Shown here: piece by piece, positions 45,294 to 54,615 of the stretch
Layout: the number at the start of each line of letters is the position of its first letter
Numbering within the stretch: position 1 is the stretch's first letter
NCBI GenBank assembly: GCA_963844035.1
Contig: CAWJMT010000031.1
Coordinates: 19,240 to 83,239, forward strand
Length of the DNA stretch: 64,000 nucleotides
Source of the DNA: an uncultured Gemmatimonadales bacterium
GTDB lineage: Bacteria > Gemmatimonadota > Gemmatimonadetes > Gemmatimonadales > GWC2-71-9
Direction of reading: 5' to 3'
The notes under the pieces: model-generated
What the model saw: only the letters and a program-made list of their open reading frames with translations
What the model was told of the DNA's origin: nothing
The model's database searches: none
Translations under genes and position numbers: made by a program

Positions 45294-47702
45294 CGGCAGC
45301 CCCCAGGGTAGCGGTATCGTCCCGGACCACGCTCGTGCCTCGGGCGGGGTCGAAGTCCACGCGGATCACGCGATCGAGTCCCTCCCGTACCTGCTCGATG
45401 TGCGTGATGAGAATGACCTGCGGAAAGCGGTCGGCCAGGCGCCGCAGCAGCCGACGACGTGCTGGCGGCGGCTCTCGTCGAGCGAGCCGAAGATCTCGTC
45501 CAGCACCAGCAGCGAGAGCGGCTGGCCGGCCCGCTCGGCGATCATCTGCGAGATCGCCAGGCGCAGCACCAGGCTGGCCAGGTCCTCCTCGCCGCCCGAG
45601 ATCACCGGCTTGGGAACGCCGTCGTCGAGAATGGTGACGTCGTAGTCCTCGTTCAGCTCCAGCTCGTGGTAGCGGTCGTCGGTGAGATCGGCGAGAAAGC
45701 GCGACGCGATCTCGCTGATCTCGGGCCGCATCGCGGCGTTCAGGTCGGCGCGCAGGTCGGAGAGTCCGCGATCGAGCTCGTTGTGCAGCCGCTGCCGGGT
45801 CTTGAGGACGGCGATGTGGCGCTCCTGCGCGGCCCGCTCTTCCTCCCGGCGCCCGGCCTCGCGCACGTCGCTTTCCGCCCGCACCAGCTCGCCCCGCGCC
45901 TCCACCAGCGCCAGATCGGCCTCGCGCAGCGCGCCCAATGCCCGATCGTACGCGTCCTTGGCGAGGCGGTACTCCTTCTCGGAGTATCCCTCGGCCGCGA
46001 GCGCGTCCGCCAGCTGCTTCACGCGTCCCTCCGCCTCGGACAGGTCGCGCTCGGCCGCCTCCGCCTCGCTCACCAGGCTGCTGGCACGCGCCGCCCGCTC
46101 CTCCAACGACGCCGCTTCGAGCGCCACCGGCTCGAGCTTGAGGAGGCTGGCGCGCACCGCGTCGTGGTGGGCGACGTCGTACCCCGTGCGACGCGTCGCC
46201 TGCTGCCGCTCCACGGCGGCGGCGCGCTCGCGCGCCGTTTCCAGCTCGCGCCCGGCCCGCACCCGCTCCTCGGCCCGCGCCCGCAGCTCGCCCGCGCGCT
46301 CACTCGCGCGCCGGCTCTCGTCGCGCAGGGCATCGCGCGCCGCCTCAGCCGCCACCACCGCGGGTGGCGCGCTCGCGAGCTGATCCAGGCGCTGACGGAA
46401 ATACTTCCCGTCTTCCACGATCGCCTGCAGCTGGCGGTCGAGCACGCCGAGCACCGCGGCGTGCTCGTCGCCGAGCGGGCGGCGGCAGGTGGGACACTCA
46501 CCCTGTGACCCGAGCTGTGCGATCTTGTCGCGCTGCTCCTTCACGTCGTCGTATTGCGTGAGCAGCTCGGTCCGCTTGGTCTGGGCGTACTCCTTCTCCC
46601 GAACCCACGCGGCGCGCTGCTCCTCCACGGCCCGCGCGGCGGCCTGCCGGCCCGCTTCCAGCTCGCGCGCCTCCTGCTCCGCCTGTGCCAGCGCCGCCTC
46701 CGCGTCGGCCAGCTCGCCGATGCGCTGTTCCAGGCGCTGCATGGTGCGCGCCAGCTCATCGAGCTGGGCCTGGTCCGCACGCCGCGCGGCATCGGCCTGT
46801 AACAGCAATTCGAGTTCGGCGAGCTCCGCCTTGAGGCGCGCGACGGGAGCCAGCTCCGCCTCGAGCTCTTTCAGCTGGTCGCGGGCGCGCATCGCATCGG
46901 CCATCTCTTTGTCGAGCCGTTGAAATTCGTGGCGGCGGGCCAACACCCCGTGTTCCGCCATGCGGCGCTCGCCGTCCAGGGACAGCGTCCGCTCGCGCCG
47001 CGCCACCCAGGCGTTCCAGAGCGGCTCCTCGCGCGCGCACGATTGCTGGGCGGCGTCCCGGACCGCGCCCGCCTGCTTGGCCGCGCGGCGCGTGGCCGCC
47101 AGGCGTTCTTCCGCGCCGCGGCGCTGCTGGGCGAGCGCCTGCGGGTCGGGCAGCGCGGTCTCGAGCCCCCGCAGCTCGGCGGTGAGCGCGTTGCGTACCT
47201 CGCGCACCCGCTCCTGCGCGATCCGCAGGCGTTCGTACCCGAGCACCTGCGAGAGGAATGCGGCACGCTCGGTCTTGCCGAGCGACGCCATCACCGCCAG
47301 CTCCTTCTGTCCGGTGAAGTACGTGTTGAAGAACTCCGCGTGCGTCATGCCCAGCGTGCGCTCGAGCTTCTCCGTTACCGCCTTGAGCGAGTTCGCGACG
47401 GGCTGGCCGTCCTGGTACAGGACGGCGTTCGAGAGCCCGCGCGTCACGCGGTACTCGTGCGCGCCGAGGCGGAACTCGAGCTCCACCTCCACGCTCGCGC
47501 GGCCTTTCGCTCCGAGCCGGCGCACCGAGTCTTTGTCGCCCCGCACGGCCTGGAGCCCGTAGATGGCCCAGGCGATCGCTTCCAGGATGGTCGTCTTGCC
47601 CGAGCCGTTGGGTCCGAAAATCCCGGTGATCCCCGGCCCGAACTCGATCTCGGTATCGGCGTGCTGCCGGAAGTTGGTCAGATGGAGGCGGCGCAGCTCC
47701 AT
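45274..47702 (-). CDS. sbcC: Rad50/SbcC-like SMC ATPase with zinc hook (frameshift near 45452)
   Basis: MELRRLHLTNFRQH...IFGPNGSGKTTILEAI (Walker A), long coiled coil, CPTCRRP hook, ISGGEEDLASLVLRLA signature and LLVLDE Walker B. H-loop VILITHIEQV and the end ...GAADAGVAA* are recovered only in the alternate frame. Confidence 0.9.
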
Positions 47703-48874
47703 CAGCTCGGCTCCTCCCGCCCCGCCTGCTCTACGTACTCGACCCCCAGCCGCACGAATTCCGCGCGATCGAGATCGGCGTCGAGGGGGCGACGCTCCAG
47801 GAAGTCGTGCACCGTCTCGGGGAGGGTCTGGCGCTGGCCGGAACCGCCCGTGGCCGCGACGCGATGCACCGCAGGGCGGCGGAGATCGAGATGGAAGTGC
47901 AGCGCGCGGGACTTGAACCCGCGGATGGCGGCGTGGTCCAGCTCGCGCGCCGTCGACCGCGAGACGTCGAACACGAGGAGCCGGACAACTTGATCGTCGA
48001 TCGCGGGCTTCGCGGCGGCGACGGCGGCGGCGATGCGCTGGTCCAGCTCCTTGGGAGTGAGTCCCTTCCCCTGGATCGGGGGGAGGTCTACATGACGGCG
48101 CACCGGCGCAATCGGCCGGACGGTCACTCTGGCTCCCGGTAGCTCCACCAGCAGATAGCCTTTGCCGATGCGCCCCTTCTCTTCCTCATCCTGCAGCTGG
48201 CCCCAGGGGTTGGGCGGAAGGTACTCGAGGGTTCCCGAATACCAGGCGTTCGCTGCCACCTGCTGGACCTCGTGGTAATGACCGAGCGCCACATAGTCCC
48301 ACTGCGCCGGAGCGAGATCCTGCAGATCGATCGGTGCGCCCCCGTATTCGGCTGTGCCGCGAGTCTCTCCAACCCCGGGGAGCTGCGCGTGAACGACGAG
48401 GACGTTGCGCGTCGTTCCCCGCTGGGGGCGCAGGGACGGACGCTCCGCCTGCATCAACGCCTGATGCGGCACTGCGAGCACCGCACAATCGAGCTTGGGG
48501 TAGGTCAGCCGTCGCGCCTGGTCCACGACGACTTCCACGCCGAGCGCTTCGTACAAGCGCAGGATCGTGCCTGTCTCGACCGAGCGCGGCGTGTCGTGGT
48601 TGCCCGCGATCATGACGACGGGCGCATCCGGCAAATCCGCGCGCAGGCGCTGCAGCTGTTGAAACAGAAACAGGATCGCGGAATTGGTGGGCCGGACGGA
48701 GTGAAAGATGTCGCCCGCCAGGACGATCAAGTCGGGACGCTGGGCGATGAGGTCGTCCACCGCGCGCCGGAATGCCTCCGCGATGTCGGCCTCGCGCTGG
48801 TTACTCCCCCGTGGCGTCTGCCGCTCGTACTGGCGGAACCCGAGGTGCAGATCGGCGAGGTGGGCGAGCTTCAC
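47702..48874 (-). CDS. sbcD: Mre11/SbcD-like nuclease
   Basis: LADLHLG, AGDIFH, AGNHD and ALGHYH phosphoesterase motifs; the stop overlaps the sbcC ATG (ATGA). Confidence 0.9.
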   Translation of the reverse strand: MKLAHLADLHLGFRQYERQTPRGSNQREADIAEAFRRAVDDLIAQRPDLIVLAGDIFHSVRPTNSAILFLFQQLQRLRADLPDAPVVMIAGNHDTPRSVETGTILRLYEALGVEVVVDQARRLTYPKLDCAVLAVPHQALMQAERPSLRPQRGTTRNVLVVHAQLPGVGETRGTAEYGGAPIDLQDLAPAQWDYVALGHYHEVQQVAANAWYSGTLEYLPPNPWGQLQDEEEKGRIGKGYLLVELPGARVTVRPIAPVRRHVDLPPIQGKGLTPKELDQRIAAAVAAAKPAIDDQVVRLLVFDVSRSTARELDHAAIRGFKSRALHFHLDLRRPAVHRVAATGGSGQRQTLPETVHDFLERRPLDADLDRAEFVRLGVEYVEQAGREEPS

Positions 48875-48878
48875 CCGC

Positions 48879-49770
48879 TCACTTCGCCTCGCGCAGCTCG
48901 AGCGTGGTCGACTGCTTCGCGGTCACGGTCGTTCCGTCCGCCATGCCCCCCCGGATGTGGATGCGCACGGTCCCGCTCCTCGACGAGCGCAGCACGGCAC
49001 CCCGGCGCACGGAGAACCGCTGTTCCCCGGTCAGGCGTCCTGACAACTTGAGGGTGAGGACATGACCCTCCTGCATGACCTTGATCGGGTCGCTGGGGAA
49101 CGTGGTCTCGAGTGCGACCCGCAGCGTGGTGTCGAGCTCGCTGGCTTCGATGTCCTTCACTGTGAGTTTCGTCTTCGCCTTCAAGGGGCTGCCGCCGGTC
49201 ATCTCCCCGAGTGGCGCCTCGACCTCCACGGTCCACGAGTCCCCAACGCCGACGGCTCGGGTGGGCAGGGGGAACGCCGCCTCCTTCAGACTCTTGCCGA
49301 ACTGCTGGGCGAGGGGCGAGGGCTGCGCGCCGGCGTTGAGCAACTCCGCCCGCACGACAGTCATGCTGGAATCGTACACCACGGCGCTCGTGAGCCCCAC
49401 GATGTTGTTGAGGGCTCGCCGAGCCGGATTCGCCGCCATCAGGGGCGAGTCCAGACGGGTGGAATCCACCCTGGCGGTGACTGCGATGCCCCCTGTGGTC
49501 GGGCCATTCACCGTCTGGGTGAATTGCATGTGCATCGCCATCTGCTGCTCGGGTATCTTCGCGGTCGAGTCCCCTTCGAACGTGATGTCGAAATACTGAT
49601 CCAGGTTGTAATGATAGACTGCCCCCGCCGGCGGGTGGTACGTCAGGGTCACCTTGGTCGCGTCGCCGCCGCCGCACCCCACTGGCAGCCGCGAGGGCCG
49701 GAAGGATGGCGGCGAAGAGCAGCCAGCGCGACGCGAGCGTGGAGCGGTCCCTCAGATCAGTACGGGTCAT
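48879..49770 (-). CDS. Hypothetical lipoprotein embedded between herA and sbcD (extra G near 49680)
   Basis: MTRTDLRDRSTLASRWLLFAAILPALAAASG-C lipobox, then a beta-rich body (ORF 48879..49682). ATG 49770 overlaps the herA end by 14 nt. Confidence 0.6.
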
Positions 49771-51718
49771 CGCCGATCGGATTGAGCGGCGGCACGGCCT
49801 CGCGCGGCCGGTCGGGCGCCGCGGCGGCCACCCGCTGTCCCAGGGCGCGCCGGAACACACCGAGCGGATCGTCGGAGCGCGCCCGCCGGGTCGAGGCGAG
49901 CGCGCGGCGGACGTCGTCGGGCGTACGGTCCGCGATCAGGTCCTTGATCTGGTTCGGCCGCGCCCGGGAATCGAGCCGCACGAGCTGGCGCACCACGGCG
50001 TCCTCGAACGGCAGGTCGGTGGCCGGCGGAAACCGCTCCACGCCGTCCCGGCCGCGCAGCACCGCGGGCCGCGGAAACCGCACGAAGATCGGCTGCGTGA
50101 AATGGGGATGGCGCACCATCAGCTCACCCACGGGGAGCGTGGCCAGCTTGATCTTGATCGCGGGTGACAGCACCTGGTATCCCGGCGTGGCCAGCTCGTC
50201 GTAGTCCATCCGGCCGTACACGGTCGTCGCGGCGTTGCCGACCACGCGGCGGTGGATTTGCGAGCGGAATTGCTCGGCGCCGAAGAGCACGAGGCCAAGG
50301 TAACGTCCGCGCTCAGAGATATCGAGCAACATCTTTTTCACGTACGTCTCCGGTCCGTCCGCCGATGCGTACTTGTTGAGCTCGTCCACAAACACCACCA
50401 CCGCATCGACTCCCAGGTCGCGCCGCTCGAGGTGCTCGCGCAGTTTGGAGACGACGCGCGCAAACACGAGGTCCTGGCCGAGCAGATCCACGTTCGCCAC
50501 GTCCACCACGTACACGGTGCGGTCCTCGAGCGAGCCCCAAGGCAGATCGTTCGACGGCCCGTCGTCGGCAACGAGACCCTTGCAACGCGTCGAGATGTTC
50601 GAGAGGCGGTTCCGCACCTTGCGGATCGTCGCGATATGGTGGGTGCGCCACATGTCGCCGCGCCCCGCCGACTCGAGCCCGTCGAAGATGGCGCGAAACA
50701 GCGCGTCGAGATCGGCGAACGTCTGCACCCGGTGGGTGCCGCCGAAGCCGTCGGCGAAGTCCTTGTTGAGCACGCGGTCGGAGAGAAAGTCGATGAACGC
50801 GTCGGCCTTCGCGTCGATGTCGTCTCGATTCAACAGCACTTCGGCAAAATCGAGCACTTCCTGGAGGCCCCACACCAGCGGCTCGACATCACCCACCAGC
50901 TCGGGGTGGGTGCGCAGCGTATTGAGGTTCACGCCGTCGGCCTTGAAGGGCGCGTAGTAGCGCACGCCGGCAAACGGCTGTGGCGCGATGCCGAGCCGTT
51001 CGTAGCGGCGCCGATCGGCATCGTCGAGGCTGCCCGGCTGGTCGAGAAAACAGAGGTCGGGCCCTTTGACGTTGAAACAGACCGCGGCGACCTTGCCCTT
51101 GTGCGCCGGGAAGTGCTGAAAGATGGAAGAGAGCAGGAACTCGACCGCACTCGTCTTGGTCGCGAGCCCCGACACACCGGAGATGTTCAGGTGCGCCGCT
51201 TCGGGACCGAGCAGGAAGTCCGCATCGAGATAAACGGGAGCCTCGAGCCCCCCGGATGTGTAGAGGCCGAGCGGAATCCCGGTGGGCGTGGCGGAGGTGA
51301 GATACGCGTCCATGCGGAGCGCTTGCGCGACGTCTGCGTCCGTCGCCACGAACACCTGCCCCAGCGGCACGGGTTGCAGCGGCTCTTCCGGCTGCTGGCG
51401 CAGCACCGCGGCGGTCCACAGGCGGATTTCCTGGCGCATCGTGGGATTCTCGGCAGCGCGGGCGGGGTCCCCCTCCGCGCCGATCACGTCGTGCAGCGGG
51501 GTCGCCAGATCCGAATACGCGAACCCGTCAGTCACCACACCGTGCACCACACGTTCCCCGTTGCCCGTTCCCCGTTCCCCGTCTTCGACGCGGACGATGG
51601 CCCCGATGCCGATCGTGGTCTCGGTCGCGGTCCAGAAATGGAATTGATGCGGCGTGGCGGGCTTGAGCTCGGTTGCCACGACGCGGCCGATCGGGACGGC
51701 ACTGCTGCGCTGGATCAC
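49757..51718 (-). CDS. herA: HerA-like (DUF87/FtsK-HerA superfamily) ATPase
   Basis: N-terminal barrel-like domain, P-loop-like NISGVSGLATKTSAVEFLL, Walker B VVVFVDELNKYA, and partnership with NurA upstream. Confidence 0.75.
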   Translation of the reverse strand: MIQRSSAVPIGRVVATELKPATPHQFHFWTATETTIGIGAIVRVEDGERGTGNGERVVHGVVTDGFAYSDLATPLHDVIGAEGDPARAAENPTMRQEIRLWTAAVLRQQPEEPLQPVPLGQVFVATDADVAQALRMDAYLTSATPTGIPLGLYTSGGLEAPVYLDADFLLGPEAAHLNISGVSGLATKTSAVEFLLSSIFQHFPAHKGKVAAVCFNVKGPDLCFLDQPGSLDDADRRRYERLGIAPQPFAGVRYYAPFKADGVNLNTLRTHPELVGDVEPLVWGLQEVLDFAEVLLNRDDIDAKADAFIDFLSDRVLNKDFADGFGGTHRVQTFADLDALFRAIFDGLESAGRGDMWRTHHIATIRKVRNRLSNISTRCKGLVADDGPSNDLPWGSLEDRTVYVVDVANVDLLGQDLVFARVVSKLREHLERRDLGVDAVVVFVDELNKYASADGPETYVKKMLLDISERGRYLGLVLFGAEQFRSQIHRRVVGNAATTVYGRMDYDELATPGYQVLSPAIKIKLATLPVGELMVRHPHFTQPIFVRFPRPAVLRGRDGVERFPPATDLPFEDAVVRQLVRLDSRARPNQIKDLIADRTPDDVRRALASTRRARSDDPLGVFRRALGQRVAAAAPDRPREAVPPLNPIGDDPY

Positions 51719-52719
51719 GTGCCCGTCTTCGGAAGGCGGGAGGTGGACCGCGGGAGCAGATCCCGGGGGGCGCGGGTCTTCAGATACGTCTCCACATCAT
51801 GAATGGGGTAAAGTAGCCGGTCCCAGCGCGGGTCGGGGGTGGAGATCGGCGCGCGCTCGCGCACCAGCCAGCCGCTCGCCCGGGACGCGGCGGCCACGCC
51901 CTCGTCGCGCGCGCACGCTTCGATCCGCAGCAGGCCGAAGAGCAGGTCATTCCCTTCCCACGGCCACAGCCGCAGGTACCAGGAGAAGACCTGGTGCCGC
52001 GCCCGGCCGCGCGGCCGAAACACGCTCGTGCGGTGCAGCGCCGGAAGGGTGAGCGCGCGGGTCAGATCGTCGCCCTCGAAGTACTGCGCTCCGTGGCTCT
52101 TGATCACACCGAGCGCGCGGGGGTGATCGGCCAGGACGGCGGACTCGGAGAGCACGCCATCCACCACCAGCCACTCTTCCGGCGCGAGCGAGCGCACGTG
52201 CCGCTCGCCCACGCTCTTCTCGACGGCGACGCGGATGTTCTCGACCGCGCGCCGCGCCGCTTCGAGGGCGCGTCCCGGTTGCGCCGCCTCCTCCGCAACA
52301 TCCACCAGCTCGATCCCGCTGGCGTCGAGCGCGGCCCGCACGCCGGGGCGCAGCGCCTGGAGTGAGGCGACGTGGAATTCGCGCGTCGCTTCCACCACGG
52401 TGCGGAGCCGCCGTCCGGCGGCGCGGCGCCGCACCGCTGCGGCCACGTGGGCCCGCACGATCGGCACGACGCCGTCGTAGTAGGTCACCTTCCAGCGCTG
52501 GATACCGTCGAGGAACGACACGACCGGAGGAGGCGATGCCGCCGTGTCGACGGCGTGCACCCGGAGCTCGGCGTCCTCCACCAGCTCGGCCCCCGCGACC
52601 TCTGTCAGATCGGTCCGCCCCAGGCTCTCGTCCGGGACGTGCGACGCCGGCACCGCACCCGCCGCCACTAACGCGTCGGTCCAGCGCGCGGCCAGGGTCA
52701 GCGGGTCCTCAGGGCCCAA
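51715..52719 (-). CDS. nurA: NurA-like nuclease
   Basis: VSFLDGIQR (catalytic Asp region), WLVVDGVL, IKSHGAQYF and WYLRLWP pattern. 4-nt overlap with herA. The start (TTG 52719 or downstream) is uncertain. Confidence 0.65.
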   Translation of the reverse strand: MGPEDPLTLAARWTDALVAAGAVPASHVPDESLGRTDLTEVAGAELVEDAELRVHAVDTAASPPPVVSFLDGIQRWKVTYYDGVVPIVRAHVAAAVRRRAAGRRLRTVVEATREFHVASLQALRPGVRAALDASGIELVDVAEEAAQPGRALEAARRAVENIRVAVEKSVGERHVRSLAPEEWLVVDGVLSESAVLADHPRALGVIKSHGAQYFEGDDLTRALTLPALHRTSVFRPRGRARHQVFSWYLRLWPWEGNDLLFGLLRIEACARDEGVAAASRASGWLVRERAPISTPDPRWDRLLYPIHDVETYLKTRAPRDLLPRSTSRLPKTGT

Positions 52720-53426
52720 CCGATGTAGGTGACCGTCGTGTCGTCGATGAGGGATCGACTGCCGTCGCCCGCGCGCCCCACCCCGCTCATCTCCTGCACC
52801 ACCATGCCGTGACGCGCGAGCTGTTCGGTCAGATCGGCGGGCGGGATGAAGCGGGCGAAATCATGGAAACCCTCGGGCATGGTGTGCTCCACGTATTCCT
52901 CTTCCCAGATCAGCCGCAGGAACGCGGCGATCGTGCGGTTGTGCGTCAGGAAGCCGAGTCCGCCCCCGGGGGCCAGCACCGTGGCGATGGCGGCCAGGGT
53001 GCGGTCCAGGTTGTCCACGTGCTCCAGCACGTCCACGGCGAAGACGAGGTCGAAGGTGCCTTCGATCCCCGTGCCCGTCAGGTCCTCGCCGGTACCCCGG
53101 TAGTATTCGATCGACAGTCCGGTCTGTGCGGCGTGGTCCCGCGCGGCCGCCAGCGATTTCTCCGACGGGTCGACCCCGGTCACCACCGCGCCTTCGCGGG
53201 CGAGGGCCTCCGACAAGATCCCGCCGCCGCAGCCGACATCCAAGACCCGTTTACCGCCGAACCCGCCGAAGGCGTGGCGAAAGTACTCCACGCGGATGGC
53301 ATTGAGCTGATGCAGTCCCGCGAACGGGCCCTCGCTGCTCCACCATACGCCGGGCGTGCGCTCCACCAGCCGCTCGTACTTGGCCGCCTCCGGGAGCCCG
53401 CCCAACCGCGGTAGGGGATCGCTCAT
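52698..53426 (-). CDS. Class I SAM-dependent methyltransferase (UbiG-like)
   Basis: RVLDVGCGGGILSEALAREGAVVTGVDPS...FDLVFAVDVLEHV. Confidence 0.75.
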   Translation of the reverse strand: MSDPLPRLGGLPEAAKYERLVERTPGVWWSSEGPFAGLHQLNAIRVEYFRHAFGGFGGKRVLDVGCGGGILSEALAREGAVVTGVDPSEKSLAAARDHAAQTGLSIEYYRGTGEDLTGTGIEGTFDLVFAVDVLEHVDNLDRTLAAIATVLAPGGGLGFLTHNRTIAAFLRLIWEEEYVEHTMPEGFHDFARFIPPADLTEQLARHGMVVQEMSGVGRAGDGSRSLIDDTTVTYIGWALRTR

Positions 53427-54055
53427 GAGCCCACCTTCACCGCGACCACCACGCCGTCACGGATCGGCACGACGGACGAAACGAGCCGCGGGTCGGAGGC
53501 GGCGAGCAGGTTGAACGCGCGGACACCCGCCGTGTCGGGAGACTGGTCCGCGGGATCCACCACGGCGCCGTGGAAAAACGCGTTGTCGCACAACAGCAGT
53601 CCGCCGGCGCGCAGCAGCTTGAGGCTCCACTCGAAATACTGAGGAAGGTTCGCCTTGTCGGCATCCAGGAAAATGGCGTCGAATCCGGGCTTTAGCGTGG
53701 GCAGCACGTCGAGCGCCGCCCCTTCGAGCACCTGGACCTGCGCGCTCAACCCGGCCTCAGCGAACGCCTGGCGGGCGAGCGATGCGTGGCGCGGGTCTTT
53801 CTCGATGGTGGTCAGGCGGCCGCCCGCCGGTAGCGCGCGTGCCAGCCAGACGCCGCTGTACCCGGCAAGCGATCCGACTTCGAGCACCGTGGTCGCCCGC
53901 ACGGCGCGCAGCAGCACGTGCAGCAGTTTGCCTTCGTCCGCGGAGATGTGAATCGGGGGGAGCTTGAGCCCGGCCTGGCGCGCGCGGATGGTGGTGAGAA
54001 TCGCGTCTTCGACGGCAAACAGCTCGGTGGCGTAGCGCTCGAGCCGTTCGTCCAC
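53423..54055 (-). CDS. O-methyltransferase (caffeoyl-CoA OMT-like family)
   Basis: VLEVGSLAGYSGVWLARAL...LTTIEKDP...FDAIFLDADKANLPQYFE. Confidence 0.8.
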   Translation of the reverse strand: MDERLERYATELFAVEDAILTTIRARQAGLKLPPIHISADEGKLLHVLLRAVRATTVLEVGSLAGYSGVWLARALPAGGRLTTIEKDPRHASLARQAFAEAGLSAQVQVLEGAALDVLPTLKPGFDAIFLDADKANLPQYFEWSLKLLRAGGLLLCDNAFFHGAVVDPADQSPDTAGVRAFNLLAASDPRLVSSVVPIRDGVVVAVKVGS

Positions 54056-54057
54056 GT

Positions 54058-54573
54058 TCAGGCGGTGGCCTCAAGGTTGGGGAATGGCGGCACCTCCGCG
54101 AGCCACAGCCCGGCGATGCGGGCCTGTTTGTCGACTTCGACCAGGAGGTGGTCGGCCACCCGTACGACGCTGACCGGACGCGGGCGCCCGAACCGCAGGT
54201 GGAAGACGGTTTCGCCGGCGTTCTTCTCGACCGTGAGCGCCGTGTCCACCTCGACGGCCGCCACGCCGGGCTGCGATTTGCGGCTGGGGAACACCACGCG
54301 GCCGTCCTTCGCGGCGGCGGGCGTCGCCAGGTCGGGCATGGTCCGCACCTCGTCGGGCCAGGCCACCACATCCACGCCGCGCAAGCTGCCGCCCGCGACG
54401 TCGATGACCACGAACGAGCCGTCGGCGCCCGACAGGTCCACGGTGCCGTTGAGCCCCTTGGTGGTCGCGCCACCCTTGCAGGCGACCGAGAGGATGTCGG
54501 TTTCCGGGTCCCAGCGGTAGGTCACCTTGGGAAGGGCTCCGGACAGTGGCTCAATGCGCGCTTCGAGGTTCAT
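54058..54573 (-). CDS. Hypothetical protein, two DUF2283-like halves
   Basis: MNLEARIEPLSGALPKVTYRWDPETDILSV...; only the last 171 codons of track ORF 54058..55680 look coding, the rest being antisense of the M24 gene. Confidence 0.45.
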   Translation of the reverse strand: MNLEARIEPLSGALPKVTYRWDPETDILSVACKGGATTKGLNGTVDLSGADGSFVVIDVAGGSLRGVDVVAWPDEVRTMPDLATPAAAKDGRVVFPSRKSQPGVAAVEVDTALTVEKNAGETVFHLRFGRPRPVSVVRVADHLLVEVDKQARIAGLWLAEVPPFPNLEATA

Positions 54574-54615
54574 ATAAGGGGCGGGTAATATAGCGCCAGA
54601 CTCGGGAGGAGCGCG

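Noticed and set aside
45274-45366. sbcC and the GNAT gene read as one fused protein
   Set aside because: Careful phasing shows the repaired sbcC frame ends at TGA 45276-45274 (…GAADAGVAA*). It is a different frame from the GNAT gene, which starts at 45293; they merely overlap by about 20 nt.
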